Source: a phage. Taken from it: DNA of 64,000 nucleotides. Below are positions 1 through 9,645 of this stretch, one piece after another (within the stretch, counting starts at the first letter, position 1; the number at the start of each line of letters is the position of its first letter). The notes under the pieces are model-generated. The model saw nothing but the letters and a program-made list of their open reading frames with translations. It was not told where the DNA came from and did no database searches. A program made the translations under genes and the position numbers. Where the stretch lies: assembly GCA_024672315.1 (NCBI GenBank), contig GCA_024672315.1_4714.1. The stretch is one strand, 5' to 3'.

Positions 1-1856
1 TCACTACCGCTTACTAAACTCGAGCCGAGACGGATGGCAATTTTGTTTAGCGGTTTGATTGGATCGCTGTTGATTGTCTGGATAAAATGGATGGTGTAAC
101 TGCTCAATGTCTTAAGCAGCTGCAGCATTCCGTATTGAATATCCTTAAGACTGGTGACATCTTCCAAATCTTGACCGGTGGCCTTTGTGAAGATATCGAG
201 AGCCAGAATTCCCGCCTCTTCTTGACTGATTGCGTCAAGCTCCCAATCCATCGATAAGAACCATTCCTTGTAAAGCTGCCCAATACCGAAGTCGACACCA
301 ACATCCACGTAGAAGTTTTCAACGATTGCTTCAGCCATGCCTCGAGCTTGATAATGTTCCTGGAGCTGATACATGAACTGATGGCGACGCCAACCCTGGT
401 AAATCTCGGTAACGGCGCTCAGAAACTCTTCAGTACTGACGACCGCACGCAGCGTCACTTGCTTATCCAAACACCACCAGATCAGTTTATCGGGAATGAT
501 AGCAGGATCGGTAATGCTACGGAGATGGTCGAATGTCGGTAGCGTTAATACCCTGACGTGGTTAGCATGGATCTTAGGTACTTCAATCAGCGTCATGCCC
601 ATCGAATAGTTCAGCAAATACAAGAACAGCTTGTATGCATCTTTCATCGACATCGTCATGGTATCACCCGTCACCGGGTTGGTTGTTGTCAACCGTGACT
701 GATACATGCCTATCGCGCTAAGATGAATCCATTCGTTCAGTAGGAAATCATACTTAGGATACAGTTCACTGTCTGTAAGGTCTTCGGCTTCACTTTCCAA
801 CACCTTGGTCGTTAAGGTATTGTTGTCGTGCATCGACATCTTCTCTATCGTGCGGTTAAGCTCGGTATAATACTCCGCTTCGTTATCCCGCGCTAGAGGG
901 AACTGTTGTTGCATCACGGTAGTGACCTTACGTCTTACCGTGCCATTACCGACGATCTCTTGAAGGTTAAGCGGTTTACGCTCCATGTAAACTGTGGGTT
1001 TTAACGTCTGAGGTATCTCGGAAGCGTCTTGTTTGATCGAGAACGCACCGATTGGAATCCCACGATCGGTTAATACCTTTTGAATGAGCTTATCGTAGTT
1101 TTCCGTTCTGCCCATGTTTCTTTCAATGTAAGCGATGTTACGATAGAACCAGAGCATTTGGGATTCGGTCATGTATCGCTTGAATCGATCAAGACCTTGA
1201 TGGCTTGCCAGATAACTCCAGATATGGAAGCTATGGGCATAATGGGTATGACAGTTTTCCCAACGAATACCTTTTATCATCTCAGGTATTTGTGTGAATA
1301 GGATGGCGTATAGCGCAGGCCAATGAAGCATATCGACGCTCTCATATGCCGGATGTTCCCAGCGTCTGAAGTAATCGTCGATTTCTTGCTGTAAACGTGG
1401 AATAAGATTGGCCTCGCGCGACTCAACCTCTTGTGTATCGTACCAGAGAATCTCATGATTGCGTGCCGCAATTGCTTTCTCGATATCGATGGGGTTAAGG
1501 ATACCCAAGATCAGCATACGCTGTTCCGGATACCGCGCAATTAAACGATTGAAATAATCTCCACCATACGCGTATTCCCTTGCTGTCATGCGATGCCGTA
1601 ACATGTTTTCCTTGGTGAACTCGATCTCTTCGAGCGTATCCAGGGAATTTACGGTCATCATTGTCTGACAAGGATGATACTCGCCAGCGAGATTCATGTA
1701 GTATAACCACGTGCGTGGGTCGTCCCCGACGGTCATCTGGTAGACTTCGGAAACCTTGAGGTTTAACCGTTCTGCCGTGATGTCGCTTTTAATAATCAGG
1801 GTGTCCGTTAGACGCTGCACGCTTTCCGAATAAAGCTGATAGTCAGTGTTGGACAC
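1..1856 (-). CDS. hypothetical protein (partial; C-terminus lies beyond window start)
   Basis: Minus-strand frame is open from position 1 to an in-frame stop at 1986-1988 (checked codon by codon). Candidate start GTG at 1856 preceded by GGAGG with 7-nt spacer; alternative ATG at 1736. Missing from ORF track because its stop is outside the window. Translation is protein-like (e.g. ...ILNPIDIEKAIAARNHEILWYD...). Confidence 0.6.
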   Translation of the reverse strand, partial: MSNTDYQLYSESVQRLTDTLIIKSDITAERLNLKVSEVYQMTVGDDPRTWLYYMNLAGEYHPCQTMMTVNSLDTLEEIEFTKENMLRHRMTAREYAYGGDYFNRLIARYPEQRMLILGILNPIDIEKAIAARNHEILWYDTQEVESREANLIPRLQQEIDDYFRRWEHPAYESVDMLHWPALYAILFTQIPEMIKGIRWENCHTHYAHSFHIWSYLASHQGLDRFKRYMTESQMLWFYRNIAYIERNMGRTENYDKLIQKVLTDRGIPIGAFSIKQDASEIPQTLKPTVYMERKPLNLQEIVGNGTVRRKVTTVMQQQFPLARDNEAEYYTELNRTIEKMSMHDNNTLTTKVLESEAEDLTDSELYPKYDFLLNEWIHLSAIGMYQSRLTTTNPVTGDTMTMSMKDAYKLFLYLLNYSMGMTLIEVPKIHANHVRVLTLPTFDHLRSITDPAIIPDKLIWWCLDKQVTLRAVVSTEEFLSAVTEIYQGWRRHQFMYQLQEHYQARGMAEAIVENFYVDVGVDFGIGQLYKEWFLSMDWELDAISQEEAGILALDIFTKATGQDLEDVTSLKDIQYGMLQLLKTLSSYTIHFIQTINSDPIKPLNKIAIRLGSSLVSGS

Positions 1857-1883
1857 GATCGGTCCTCCAAGGAGCCAGTGTAA

Positions 1884-4793
1884 ATGAACGATATAAATAA
1901 AGGGCGCGTCGCCCTCGAACGTCAAATGAGTAATAATGACGTTGCGAAGGCACTCATGAACAAATTTGTCGCTCCTGCTCCGCAGTCACGTCTTTATAAT
2001 ACACGTGATGCGGAAGGAGCGAACGGTCGTTTCGGGTTAGTTGTTCCCGACCAAATGACGATGAACACGGTTACGCGTGCGACCGCGACAAACATCGAGG
2101 ATAATAAAAACATCCTCGAGTTGTTCCCTGAACTTAAACGCGTGATGCAGATCTATGTTGCCGCGTTGACGAACCCTAACGATCTTAAGACGGTCGAGAT
2201 GTTTATCGACAGCGAAGATTTCCCCGGCAGAGTCGCAGAAATCGTTCAGCCGATGATCGATACCATCGACACGCATTTTAAGAATATCTATAAAATAAAG
2301 ACGCTTATCCCTCGTATCATCGAAGACGTCTTCTTTATCAAGGGCAGTTATAACTTCGTTGTTCTGCCAGAAAGCACGCTCGACCGCGCCATTAATGGTA
2401 ACGGTCAACTGAAACTTGAAGAATACGGATTTAAAGACAACCATTTTGCAAGTTGGGGGCTTCTAGGTAACGACAGTCGCAAACGCCACGAAAATCAATT
2501 ACCTGCGACGGTTTCGATGGAAGATTATTTCTCAGGCGTTAATGAAACCATACCGTACGATCCTGTTGTTCGCATAGACAGCATTAAGTTTACCAATACC
2601 CTGCTTCGTGATAAGGACGGTAAATTCATTGAAGCGAAGATCGATATTCCGGATATGGTTACGGTTGTCGATAACCCAGACATCCTCCGCATGCCTATTC
2701 TACATCAACGTCGAGCAGCGACCGCGGTACAACGTGCGTTACGTGCGAACACGTTAGGTGGTAGTGGTTTGGTAACACTGTCAGGTGATCCGACCCTAAC
2801 CGCTAACCGACGTGAGCTGTCGCAAGAACAGGTTAACGAGATTTGGAATAAACTCAACATCCAGCGTCACACCAAGGTATCTCCCGTTTACGCGTTGGCA
2901 ACCCCAGATACACTCGATCGTCAAAGCGTTGGTCATCCTGGCGTGATGCACGTACCACCTGAGGCATTAGAACCCGTACATGCACCAGGTGATCCGGAGA
3001 ACCATATCGGGTATTTAGTTCAGTTGGATGAGTTTGGTTATCCGGTGCGTTTGGTTGAAGACGCAGCGTATTACAAGCAGTTGGAAGGTCGATTGTCGAA
3101 GATCACCGCGGATATCGCAGGTACGTCAAGCAACGGCATGGCGAGCGAGATGATCGGCGCAGCCAAGAACATGATCCAAGGTACGTCATGTAATCAGGTA
3201 GACATGTCGGCCTTCGTATCGTCGTACGAATCGCTGATGCAACGTTACATTGTTGAACGTATCGTTAACGGCTATCTTGGCAGTGCGGTGGAAATCGGCG
3301 CGACATCATCGTTCTATTTGTCTATGCTTGCTCGTAGTCTCGCTCACAAGCAGACCCGTGTTTTGTTTATTCCTCGAGAGATGGTGACTTACATCGCCTA
3401 TGAATACAACAAATACGGTATCGGTCGTTCGCTGCTTGAAAGTACGAAAATGATCTCGTCGCAACGAGCCATGCTCATGGTTCAAGAACTGATGGCGAAA
3501 ATCAAAAGTTCGTTGAACTATACGACGTTAAGCGTAATGCTTGAAGACACCGACAGAAACCCGGTCGATACCGTCGAACAAGCACTACATAGTTTCGCTC
3601 GTGTCTACCAGTCTGGTTTCCCGTTGGGTGAAACTAACCCGATGGATATCATCAATGCGTACGAACGAAGCTCGATTCGATTGAAGGTTGAGGGGAATAA
3701 CCCACGCTTCCCGAAATTGAATACAGACGTCAGCGTTGAGCAGCGCAACTATCAGTCTCCTGATAATGAGCTGATGGATCGTTACCGTCGTGACCATTTC
3801 ATGGGCTTGGGCGTTTCTCCGGAGATTATCGATACTTCCTACCAATCTGAATTCGCAGCTTCTGTGATTACAGCTAACGCGATGCAGGAGAAACAGTTCA
3901 CGGTTTGTCGTGAGGTGATCACGAATGGGTTATCGGACCACATCAAGAAATACACGGCATACAGTCCCGTGTTGTTGACGTCGTTACGAAACACGGTTCG
4001 TGCGAACATGTCTAAGCTCTCCCAGGCACAATTGAAGCAGCTTTTTGGTAGCGATTTCGAAAACGGTGTTATCCGTAACGTTAACGCCTATCAGGAGATT
4101 GACGACCAATCAGCAACAATGGATCTGGATTACACTAAACCAGAAGTCCAGGAAGTTATTGCCGATGCTTATGTGTCCATGTTCTTAAACAGCCTGCGTG
4201 TGCGTTTACCGGATAGCAATGCTCGTCGCCTTGAAGATCAGGTACGTGAATATAATCAGTACAAGGAAGCGATTACTGCGCAACTTGATGATTATTTAAC
4301 GCCTGATTACGTCATGGGTCTGGGTGGGGTTGATGAAACAACGCTGCAGATGATTCGTGCATGCATTATTGGTACCGCGATGCGTACGTGGGCAAAAGAG
4401 AACAACTTCAATCAGGAGCTAGCTGATCTCTTCAGTCTTGACGATAAGAAGAATGCCGTGCAAGATTGGAAACGTATGTCCATGGAACATATTGAAGTCA
4501 TGGGTAAATGCATGGGTGATTTTGCATTGTATATTCAGAATCTGACGAAGAAGATTGAAGAGAAGATGGGCGCTCAAGCACAGGATGGTAGCGTTTCATC
4601 TGACGGTTCTTGGTCATCCGATTCAAGTAGCGATACCGGTTCTTCTGATGACTTCGGTGGCGGTGACGATTTCGGGGATACCGATTTCGATACCGAAACG
4701 ATGGAGGAAACCTCAACAGAAGAAACAACCACATCTGAGGATACGACGACCGACACAACGTCAGAAGACGATACTTCAGGTGATATTGTCTAA
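1884..4793 (+). CDS. large hypothetical protein (969 aa) with acidic Ser/Asp/Thr-rich C-terminal tail; possible virion protein
   Basis: Long ORF, ATG with AAGGAG upstream; diverges from gene 1 with interleaved RBSs; C-terminal low-complexity tail SSDGSWSSDSSSDTGSSDDFGGGDDF...; no Walker A motif seen; stop followed by A13 run and GC-rich hairpin. Confidence 0.8.
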   Translation: MNDINKGRVALERQMSNNDVAKALMNKFVAPAPQSRLYNTRDAEGANGRFGLVVPDQMTMNTVTRATATNIEDNKNILELFPELKRVMQIYVAALTNPNDLKTVEMFIDSEDFPGRVAEIVQPMIDTIDTHFKNIYKIKTLIPRIIEDVFFIKGSYNFVVLPESTLDRAINGNGQLKLEEYGFKDNHFASWGLLGNDSRKRHENQLPATVSMEDYFSGVNETIPYDPVVRIDSIKFTNTLLRDKDGKFIEAKIDIPDMVTVVDNPDILRMPILHQRRAATAVQRALRANTLGGSGLVTLSGDPTLTANRRELSQEQVNEIWNKLNIQRHTKVSPVYALATPDTLDRQSVGHPGVMHVPPEALEPVHAPGDPENHIGYLVQLDEFGYPVRLVEDAAYYKQLEGRLSKITADIAGTSSNGMASEMIGAAKNMIQGTSCNQVDMSAFVSSYESLMQRYIVERIVNGYLGSAVEIGATSSFYLSMLARSLAHKQTRVLFIPREMVTYIAYEYNKYGIGRSLLESTKMISSQRAMLMVQELMAKIKSSLNYTTLSVMLEDTDRNPVDTVEQALHSFARVYQSGFPLGETNPMDIINAYERSSIRLKVEGNNPRFPKLNTDVSVEQRNYQSPDNELMDRYRRDHFMGLGVSPEIIDTSYQSEFAASVITANAMQEKQFTVCREVITNGLSDHIKKYTAYSPVLLTSLRNTVRANMSKLSQAQLKQLFGSDFENGVIRNVNAYQEIDDQSATMDLDYTKPEVQEVIADAYVSMFLNSLRVRLPDSNARRLEDQVREYNQYKEAITAQLDDYLTPDYVMGLGGVDETTLQMIRACIIGTAMRTWAKENNFNQELADLFSLDDKKNAVQDWKRMSMEHIEVMGKCMGDFALYIQNLTKKIEEKMGAQAQDGSVSSDGSWSSDSSSDTGSSDDFGGGDDFGDTDFDTETMEETSTEETTTSEDTTTDTTSEDDTSGDIV

Positions 4794-4827
4794 ACGGACG
4801 TAAAAAAAAAAAATAACACATAGTTAA

Positions 4828-4862
4828 CCTTCTCCCCAACCCGATGAGGGAAGGGGAGAAGG
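4828..4862. terminator. GC-rich stem-loop, repeat-family member (putative bidirectional terminator)
   Basis: Perfect 10-bp stem CCTTCTCCCC/GGGGAGAAGG between convergent genes; flanked by CATAG upstream and TATG downstream; A13 run at 4802-4814. Confidence 0.45.
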
Positions 4863-4879
4863 GCTATGCGCTATTTAAT

Positions 4880-5155
4880 TTATTTCGAGGTTAACCACGA
4901 TTCAATTGTGGTGAGTTTGCTTCTCAGTACGCGCCAACTAGGGTGTGGTGGGATCACAGCGCCATTGTCGATTACGGTTAGCTGAACCTGGTACTTCTGT
5001 TGCATACGTGCTACCGTGTCGCTTATCGAGAGGAAAAGCTGGTAACGTTCATATGCCGTCAGTTCACTGTCCTGTTGAACTGCGTTGGCTGCTAACGTAA
5101 TTTCGCGTAAGTCCTTTGCATCCACAGAGACGGTAATGAGTTTATATTGACTCAT
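4880..5155 (-). CDS. hypothetical protein (91 aa)
   Basis: ORF with AAGGA RBS 6 nt upstream of ATG; convergent with previous gene across hairpin 4828-4862. Confidence 0.6.
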   Translation of the reverse strand: MSQYKLITVSVDAKDLREITLAANAVQQDSELTAYERYQLFLSISDTVARMQQKYQVQLTVIDNGAVIPPHPSWRVLRSKLTTIESWLTSK

Positions 5156-5216
5156 ACGGTTTCCTTATCAACTAGGGTATTGCAAATACAATACCCGTCG
5201 TCGGACGATAAGTTAA

Positions 5217-7775
5217 TTACTGCTCATCACGTTCCAACAGATACTCGGAAGCGGTAATACCGTTTACCGTACGCACTGCTTTCAGACGAGTATCATCACT
5301 CAGAATCACGGTAACAGATTGCAGACCTTTTACTTTGGTTTCGAAGGTCTTGAACACCTGATCCAGCATACGAGCAATGCTTGGGTTGGTTGCAGCCGAT
5401 GCGTGAGTGTAACCGCTCTGGTTCAGCTTCAGAATCTTGGCGTTGGTCGGTACGCGAACAACAACATGCGGACGCATCGCGAATACGCTGTGATTGAACC
5501 AGTAAGCATCGTTGCTATCTTCGTCGGTAACGATGTCTGGATTAACACGCATATCCTCGATAGCCGCATCCGCCAAACGACGTTCGATTTCATCGGCGTC
5601 CAGAGAGCCATCTTTCTCCAGTTCTGCACGATACTCACTCATGGCGACCAGATGACGCTCACGATTCGCTGCAGATTTTTCGTGAGCGGCTTTCAGGTAG
5701 TCATGCATGTTGTACAGTTCAGCCATGGAAAGACGAATGTTCCATTGACCTTCGCCATCACGATTGCAGTAGAGACACTTCAGCATGTTGACCCAGGTGT
5801 AGTAGCAATTGGAGAATTCATCTTCAATGAACTTCTGGTCCATTTTAAGATCGTGAATCAGCCAACCGGACAGTTCTCCGATATCATCAACGAAGCTAGA
5901 GATGGTGGTTTCAGAGAAGTTCTTCGGTACGATACGTTTGATCAGCTTATTGACGTCTTTGGTCATGCTATCGTTCAGGAAATGCCAGATACGCAGAGGA
6001 ATGACATCTCGATACTGTTGCATGATCTGACGATAAGCTTTGATATCGTCGCTACGACCTTTATCAATAGACAACGCATCCAGGAATTCATGGATTGCAT
6101 CCAGCTCCTTGTCGGTATAGGTTCCCAGATAGGAATTGACCGTAGCCAGGAATGCTAATGCGTCGTTTTGGTTGACGTCGGTGTTGGTCTGCTGAATGAT
6201 TGCCACTGAAGCTTTGGTTTCAGCATCCTCAACGCTTGACGCTGCGATTGCGTCGGTGACGGTAAACAGTTTCATTTCGCGCTGCTCGCCGACAACGATT
6301 GGTTCGCGTTGAACCGGTTTGTTAAGGCTAACACGAACAACTTCTGCTTGCGCGATGCGATCCAGTTTTGCCATTTCCTGCTCTGCCATACGACGAGCGG
6401 TTGGATCTGATTCAAGTTCGATGTATTCCACTTCTTCCTCCGTGAGGGATGTAATGTCAACAATGGTTTCATGAAGAATTCCGTTTTCGTCGATACGTGC
6501 CCGACGAGCGAAGTGTCTGAAGTCATACAACGTCGGCCAACGACTATTAGGTGCAAAGTCTTTGGCTTTCAGACGCATCTGCATAAATTCTTCATGTTGA
6601 ACAACACGACCGTAACGCTTAGCATCTTCGGTCGCATCAATTGGATTAACGGTCTTTGTTACCGTAGCAGAACGAGCCGTACGAACGGGTTCCGGTTTCA
6701 CCTGCGCAGGTTCAGGTTGAACGGGTTTCTGCTGCCCAGCCTTAACATGCCATTCTGGCTCTTCGTACTGTTCAGCAAACTGTTCAGCCGCTGCAAAGAT
6801 ATCGTTGATACCACCAATATCTCCTTCAGGATTTGTCGAGTAAATCCGTGGTTGTGGTGCCTCGTAACGCGGCGCTGTAGCAGCAGGTGCATCATCAACG
6901 ATAGGATCGTCATCACCAACATCATACAAACGGTTGAACGCACAATCCTTCGAATCGATGTACGATGGCGCTTGTGGTTGAACAACCGTCGGCCGAGGTT
7001 GTGCGCCGTATCCTGGCGTTGTTGGAGCCATACCACGCATAACTGCCGGATTAGGCTGGTATTGCGGTTGCGGATAGGTTCCACCATACATGGCGTACGC
7101 TGGCTGTTGTGGTTGACCGTACCCGCCACTAACCATCGCGCTTGCTTGCGGGCCACGATAAGTCATCCCCATCTGCATCACCTGCTGCTTCAAACCACGT
7201 GACTTCTGCGCGATTTGTGCCAGGCTCCCGCTTTTATTCAGCTGCGTGTACTTATTCGCGGCTTCCGGGTTAATGCGTGATAATTCAATCGCGCGATAAT
7301 ATTCCGGGTACTGATTCGGTTCAAAGAGCCACGTTACAAGATGATACAGCGCAACTGTGCTCACGGCAGCAGAGACGATCTGGTCGTCGGACGCGTTCTG
7401 CGGCATCGGGTTGATGTAAGAGAACACGTTCCAACAACAGTCTTCAACAAGCGATTCCATCATCATATCGTTATTGGTATAACGTGCGACGAATTCGGTT
7501 TGTATTTTGTCTTGCTGAGCGAAGTCTTTCAGGACATTAAAGATAGCTTGACGGATTTTGACGATCGTTGCTTCTTGGGTGATGAAGTTATAGTTCTGCT
7601 GATATGAGGGTTGTTGGTATTGTGGTGGTTGATAGGCGTTATTCGGATATGCGCCGTACGGCGATTGCTGATACTGTTGCTGACGAACCTGTTCAGCCGC
7701 ATAATTAACCGTGCTCGTATAAGGGTTTTCGCTATAGCCCATTTGTTGATACATGTTGTTACTGCCATTATACAT
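5217..7775 (-). CDS. hypothetical protein (852 aa) with Q/Y/N/P/G-rich low-complexity N-terminal and internal regions
   Basis: Long ORF, AAGGAT RBS 8 nt upstream of ATG; N-terminus MYNGSNNMYQQMGYSENPY...QPPQYQQPSYQQNYNF and internal GGYGQPQQPAYAMYGGTYPQPQYQPNP segments. Confidence 0.8.
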   Translation of the reverse strand: MYNGSNNMYQQMGYSENPYTSTVNYAAEQVRQQQYQQSPYGAYPNNAYQPPQYQQPSYQQNYNFITQEATIVKIRQAIFNVLKDFAQQDKIQTEFVARYTNNDMMMESLVEDCCWNVFSYINPMPQNASDDQIVSAAVSTVALYHLVTWLFEPNQYPEYYRAIELSRINPEAANKYTQLNKSGSLAQIAQKSRGLKQQVMQMGMTYRGPQASAMVSGGYGQPQQPAYAMYGGTYPQPQYQPNPAVMRGMAPTTPGYGAQPRPTVVQPQAPSYIDSKDCAFNRLYDVGDDDPIVDDAPAATAPRYEAPQPRIYSTNPEGDIGGINDIFAAAEQFAEQYEEPEWHVKAGQQKPVQPEPAQVKPEPVRTARSATVTKTVNPIDATEDAKRYGRVVQHEEFMQMRLKAKDFAPNSRWPTLYDFRHFARRARIDENGILHETIVDITSLTEEEVEYIELESDPTARRMAEQEMAKLDRIAQAEVVRVSLNKPVQREPIVVGEQREMKLFTVTDAIAASSVEDAETKASVAIIQQTNTDVNQNDALAFLATVNSYLGTYTDKELDAIHEFLDALSIDKGRSDDIKAYRQIMQQYRDVIPLRIWHFLNDSMTKDVNKLIKRIVPKNFSETTISSFVDDIGELSGWLIHDLKMDQKFIEDEFSNCYYTWVNMLKCLYCNRDGEGQWNIRLSMAELYNMHDYLKAAHEKSAANRERHLVAMSEYRAELEKDGSLDADEIERRLADAAIEDMRVNPDIVTDEDSNDAYWFNHSVFAMRPHVVVRVPTNAKILKLNQSGYTHASAATNPSIARMLDQVFKTFETKVKGLQSVTVILSDDTRLKAVRTVNGITASEYLLERDEQ

Positions 7776-7809
7776 TTCTTACGATCCTTTTTATTTATTC
7801 GGTTATGTG

Positions 7810-9609
7810 TCAATCGATTATGTCGTGATCGTTAATTTCTACAATTTCTTCATCGAATCGACCGACGTCTTTCTTCAAGCCTGCATTGGTTGCTGCAACG
7901 TCATTTGCAATTTGTGGAGTAATGATTAACCGACCACGCTCGTCGATAGGTGCGTACATACTGAACTTCTGACGTCCGGTTGGTTCGGAGTGCGGAAGAT
8001 TCAGATAGCTTGCACAGAACGGGATGGAACCACTAACCAAACGACTCTCGTCAGCCAATGCAGCACCGCCTGCATTTTGGCTCTGGAGAACAACATGTGT
8101 GCTCACTTTGAACAGCATGCAATCACCAGGTGACTGAATCGATGTTGCCACTTTCTCACGTTTATCACGATTGCTCTGGATATTGAGAATCGCTTCCGTT
8201 GCAACTTGATTTCGCAACGCCTTCTGTACATCGCGATTGGTCATCTCTTTACGGTTGTTCTGTCGTTTACCACGTTCTGTGGTTTTAAGATGGAACCCCA
8301 GTTTAAAGATGCTCTTACGCACATCCTCCATGACATATTCCAACACCATCAGTTCCTTACCGAACATCGTCGTGGTATCAACACGACTCATTTCGATAGT
8401 AACATTATCAATCAGATACGCCATAAATTCGTAGAAGTCGTCGCAAGGAATATTTTCCTGTTTGAACTTCTTCTGTTGAATCTCGTCAACGTAAAGATCG
8501 AGACTGTCGATGTGGTGGTTTACATCACGCAACAAACGCGCATCCGCATTGTTGTTATTAAAGATAATCAAACCGAGTAATGTACGCCAATGGTCTGGCG
8601 CATTCGCGAACTCTTCAACCGGATAGTCTTCCGGAAAACGATCGTAATAACGGTCGATGAGATATAAGAACGCACCGACAAGGCCAAGAACAATACGTTC
8701 CGTGCCTCCACGTCTTACAGCGATTTGAATATCAGGATGTTTATAACGTACAGCGCTAGCGCTACGGCTTTTACCGCTTTTGCTGATACTAAAGCCTTTA
8801 GGAATAACCCCCATGGTGCGATAGATTACCCATTGGTCGCGCGGAAAATCACGTTCAGCAAGGTTCCGTCCGGTTACGGCTTCGACACCTGCAAAACGTC
8901 GGAAACACTCACCCACCCCGTACTTCGCAAAGAGATAGTGACCCAGTGTGGTTACGCTGGTGTGGTTGATGTTGTCACCGTTCACTTTACTTTGTTTGGT
9001 AAGATGATAGATTTGCGACCAGGGTAATGACAGGTAATGACGATAATCGATACCGGTCGGTGTATCATTGCTCAGGAACTGATACGGTGTACGTTTAACC
9101 GTGATTTTGTCACGCGGAAGCATGATGAACGCCATGTCTTTCGTGTAACTGATTACCGGGTCAGCGAGCACCGCACTGAGAATGAAGTTCGCACCACGTA
9201 GACGCATTTTACCACCCTGACCTACCGCGGGTAATAGGAGAGGGTGTCGGATAATGCAGTAGTCCTTTCCGGGTTCACGACGGTCACCTGATTCCATCGC
9301 GCCGTACCAGCGGAATTCTAGCATCACCATAAACACATCGGAAGGCGCAAGGTCGAAGGTCAGCTTACCGCTATCCTTCCCTTTGGTTTTCTTTCCTCCG
9401 CTTAAGTAGTGGAACTGTTCGCGGGCCATACAGCGACGCAGGCCATGATACACCAGATCCTTAGGTAAACTATCTTTGCTGTTCCGCCAAAGACGATCAA
9501 CATAGGACTCAACATCTTGCATCTTATCGACGACGATGTTGCGTGCTATCTTCTCGTTCATCTTCGGTGCAAGCTCAGCGACAGCTTTGCAGAATCTAGG
9601 ATCCATCAC
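7810..9609 (-). CDS. hypothetical protein (599 aa)
   Basis: Long ORF; strong AAGGAG RBS 6 nt upstream of ATG at 9609. Confidence 0.8.
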   Translation of the reverse strand: MMDPRFCKAVAELAPKMNEKIARNIVVDKMQDVESYVDRLWRNSKDSLPKDLVYHGLRRCMAREQFHYLSGGKKTKGKDSGKLTFDLAPSDVFMVMLEFRWYGAMESGDRREPGKDYCIIRHPLLLPAVGQGGKMRLRGANFILSAVLADPVISYTKDMAFIMLPRDKITVKRTPYQFLSNDTPTGIDYRHYLSLPWSQIYHLTKQSKVNGDNINHTSVTTLGHYLFAKYGVGECFRRFAGVEAVTGRNLAERDFPRDQWVIYRTMGVIPKGFSISKSGKSRSASAVRYKHPDIQIAVRRGGTERIVLGLVGAFLYLIDRYYDRFPEDYPVEEFANAPDHWRTLLGLIIFNNNNADARLLRDVNHHIDSLDLYVDEIQQKKFKQENIPCDDFYEFMAYLIDNVTIEMSRVDTTTMFGKELMVLEYVMEDVRKSIFKLGFHLKTTERGKRQNNRKEMTNRDVQKALRNQVATEAILNIQSNRDKREKVATSIQSPGDCMLFKVSTHVVLQSQNAGGAALADESRLVSGSIPFCASYLNLPHSEPTGRQKFSMYAPIDERGRLIITPQIANDVAATNAGLKKDVGRFDEEIVEINDHDIID

Positions 9610-9645
9610 ACACTCCTTTCAGAAAGTTGCTTAAGCAGATTAAAG

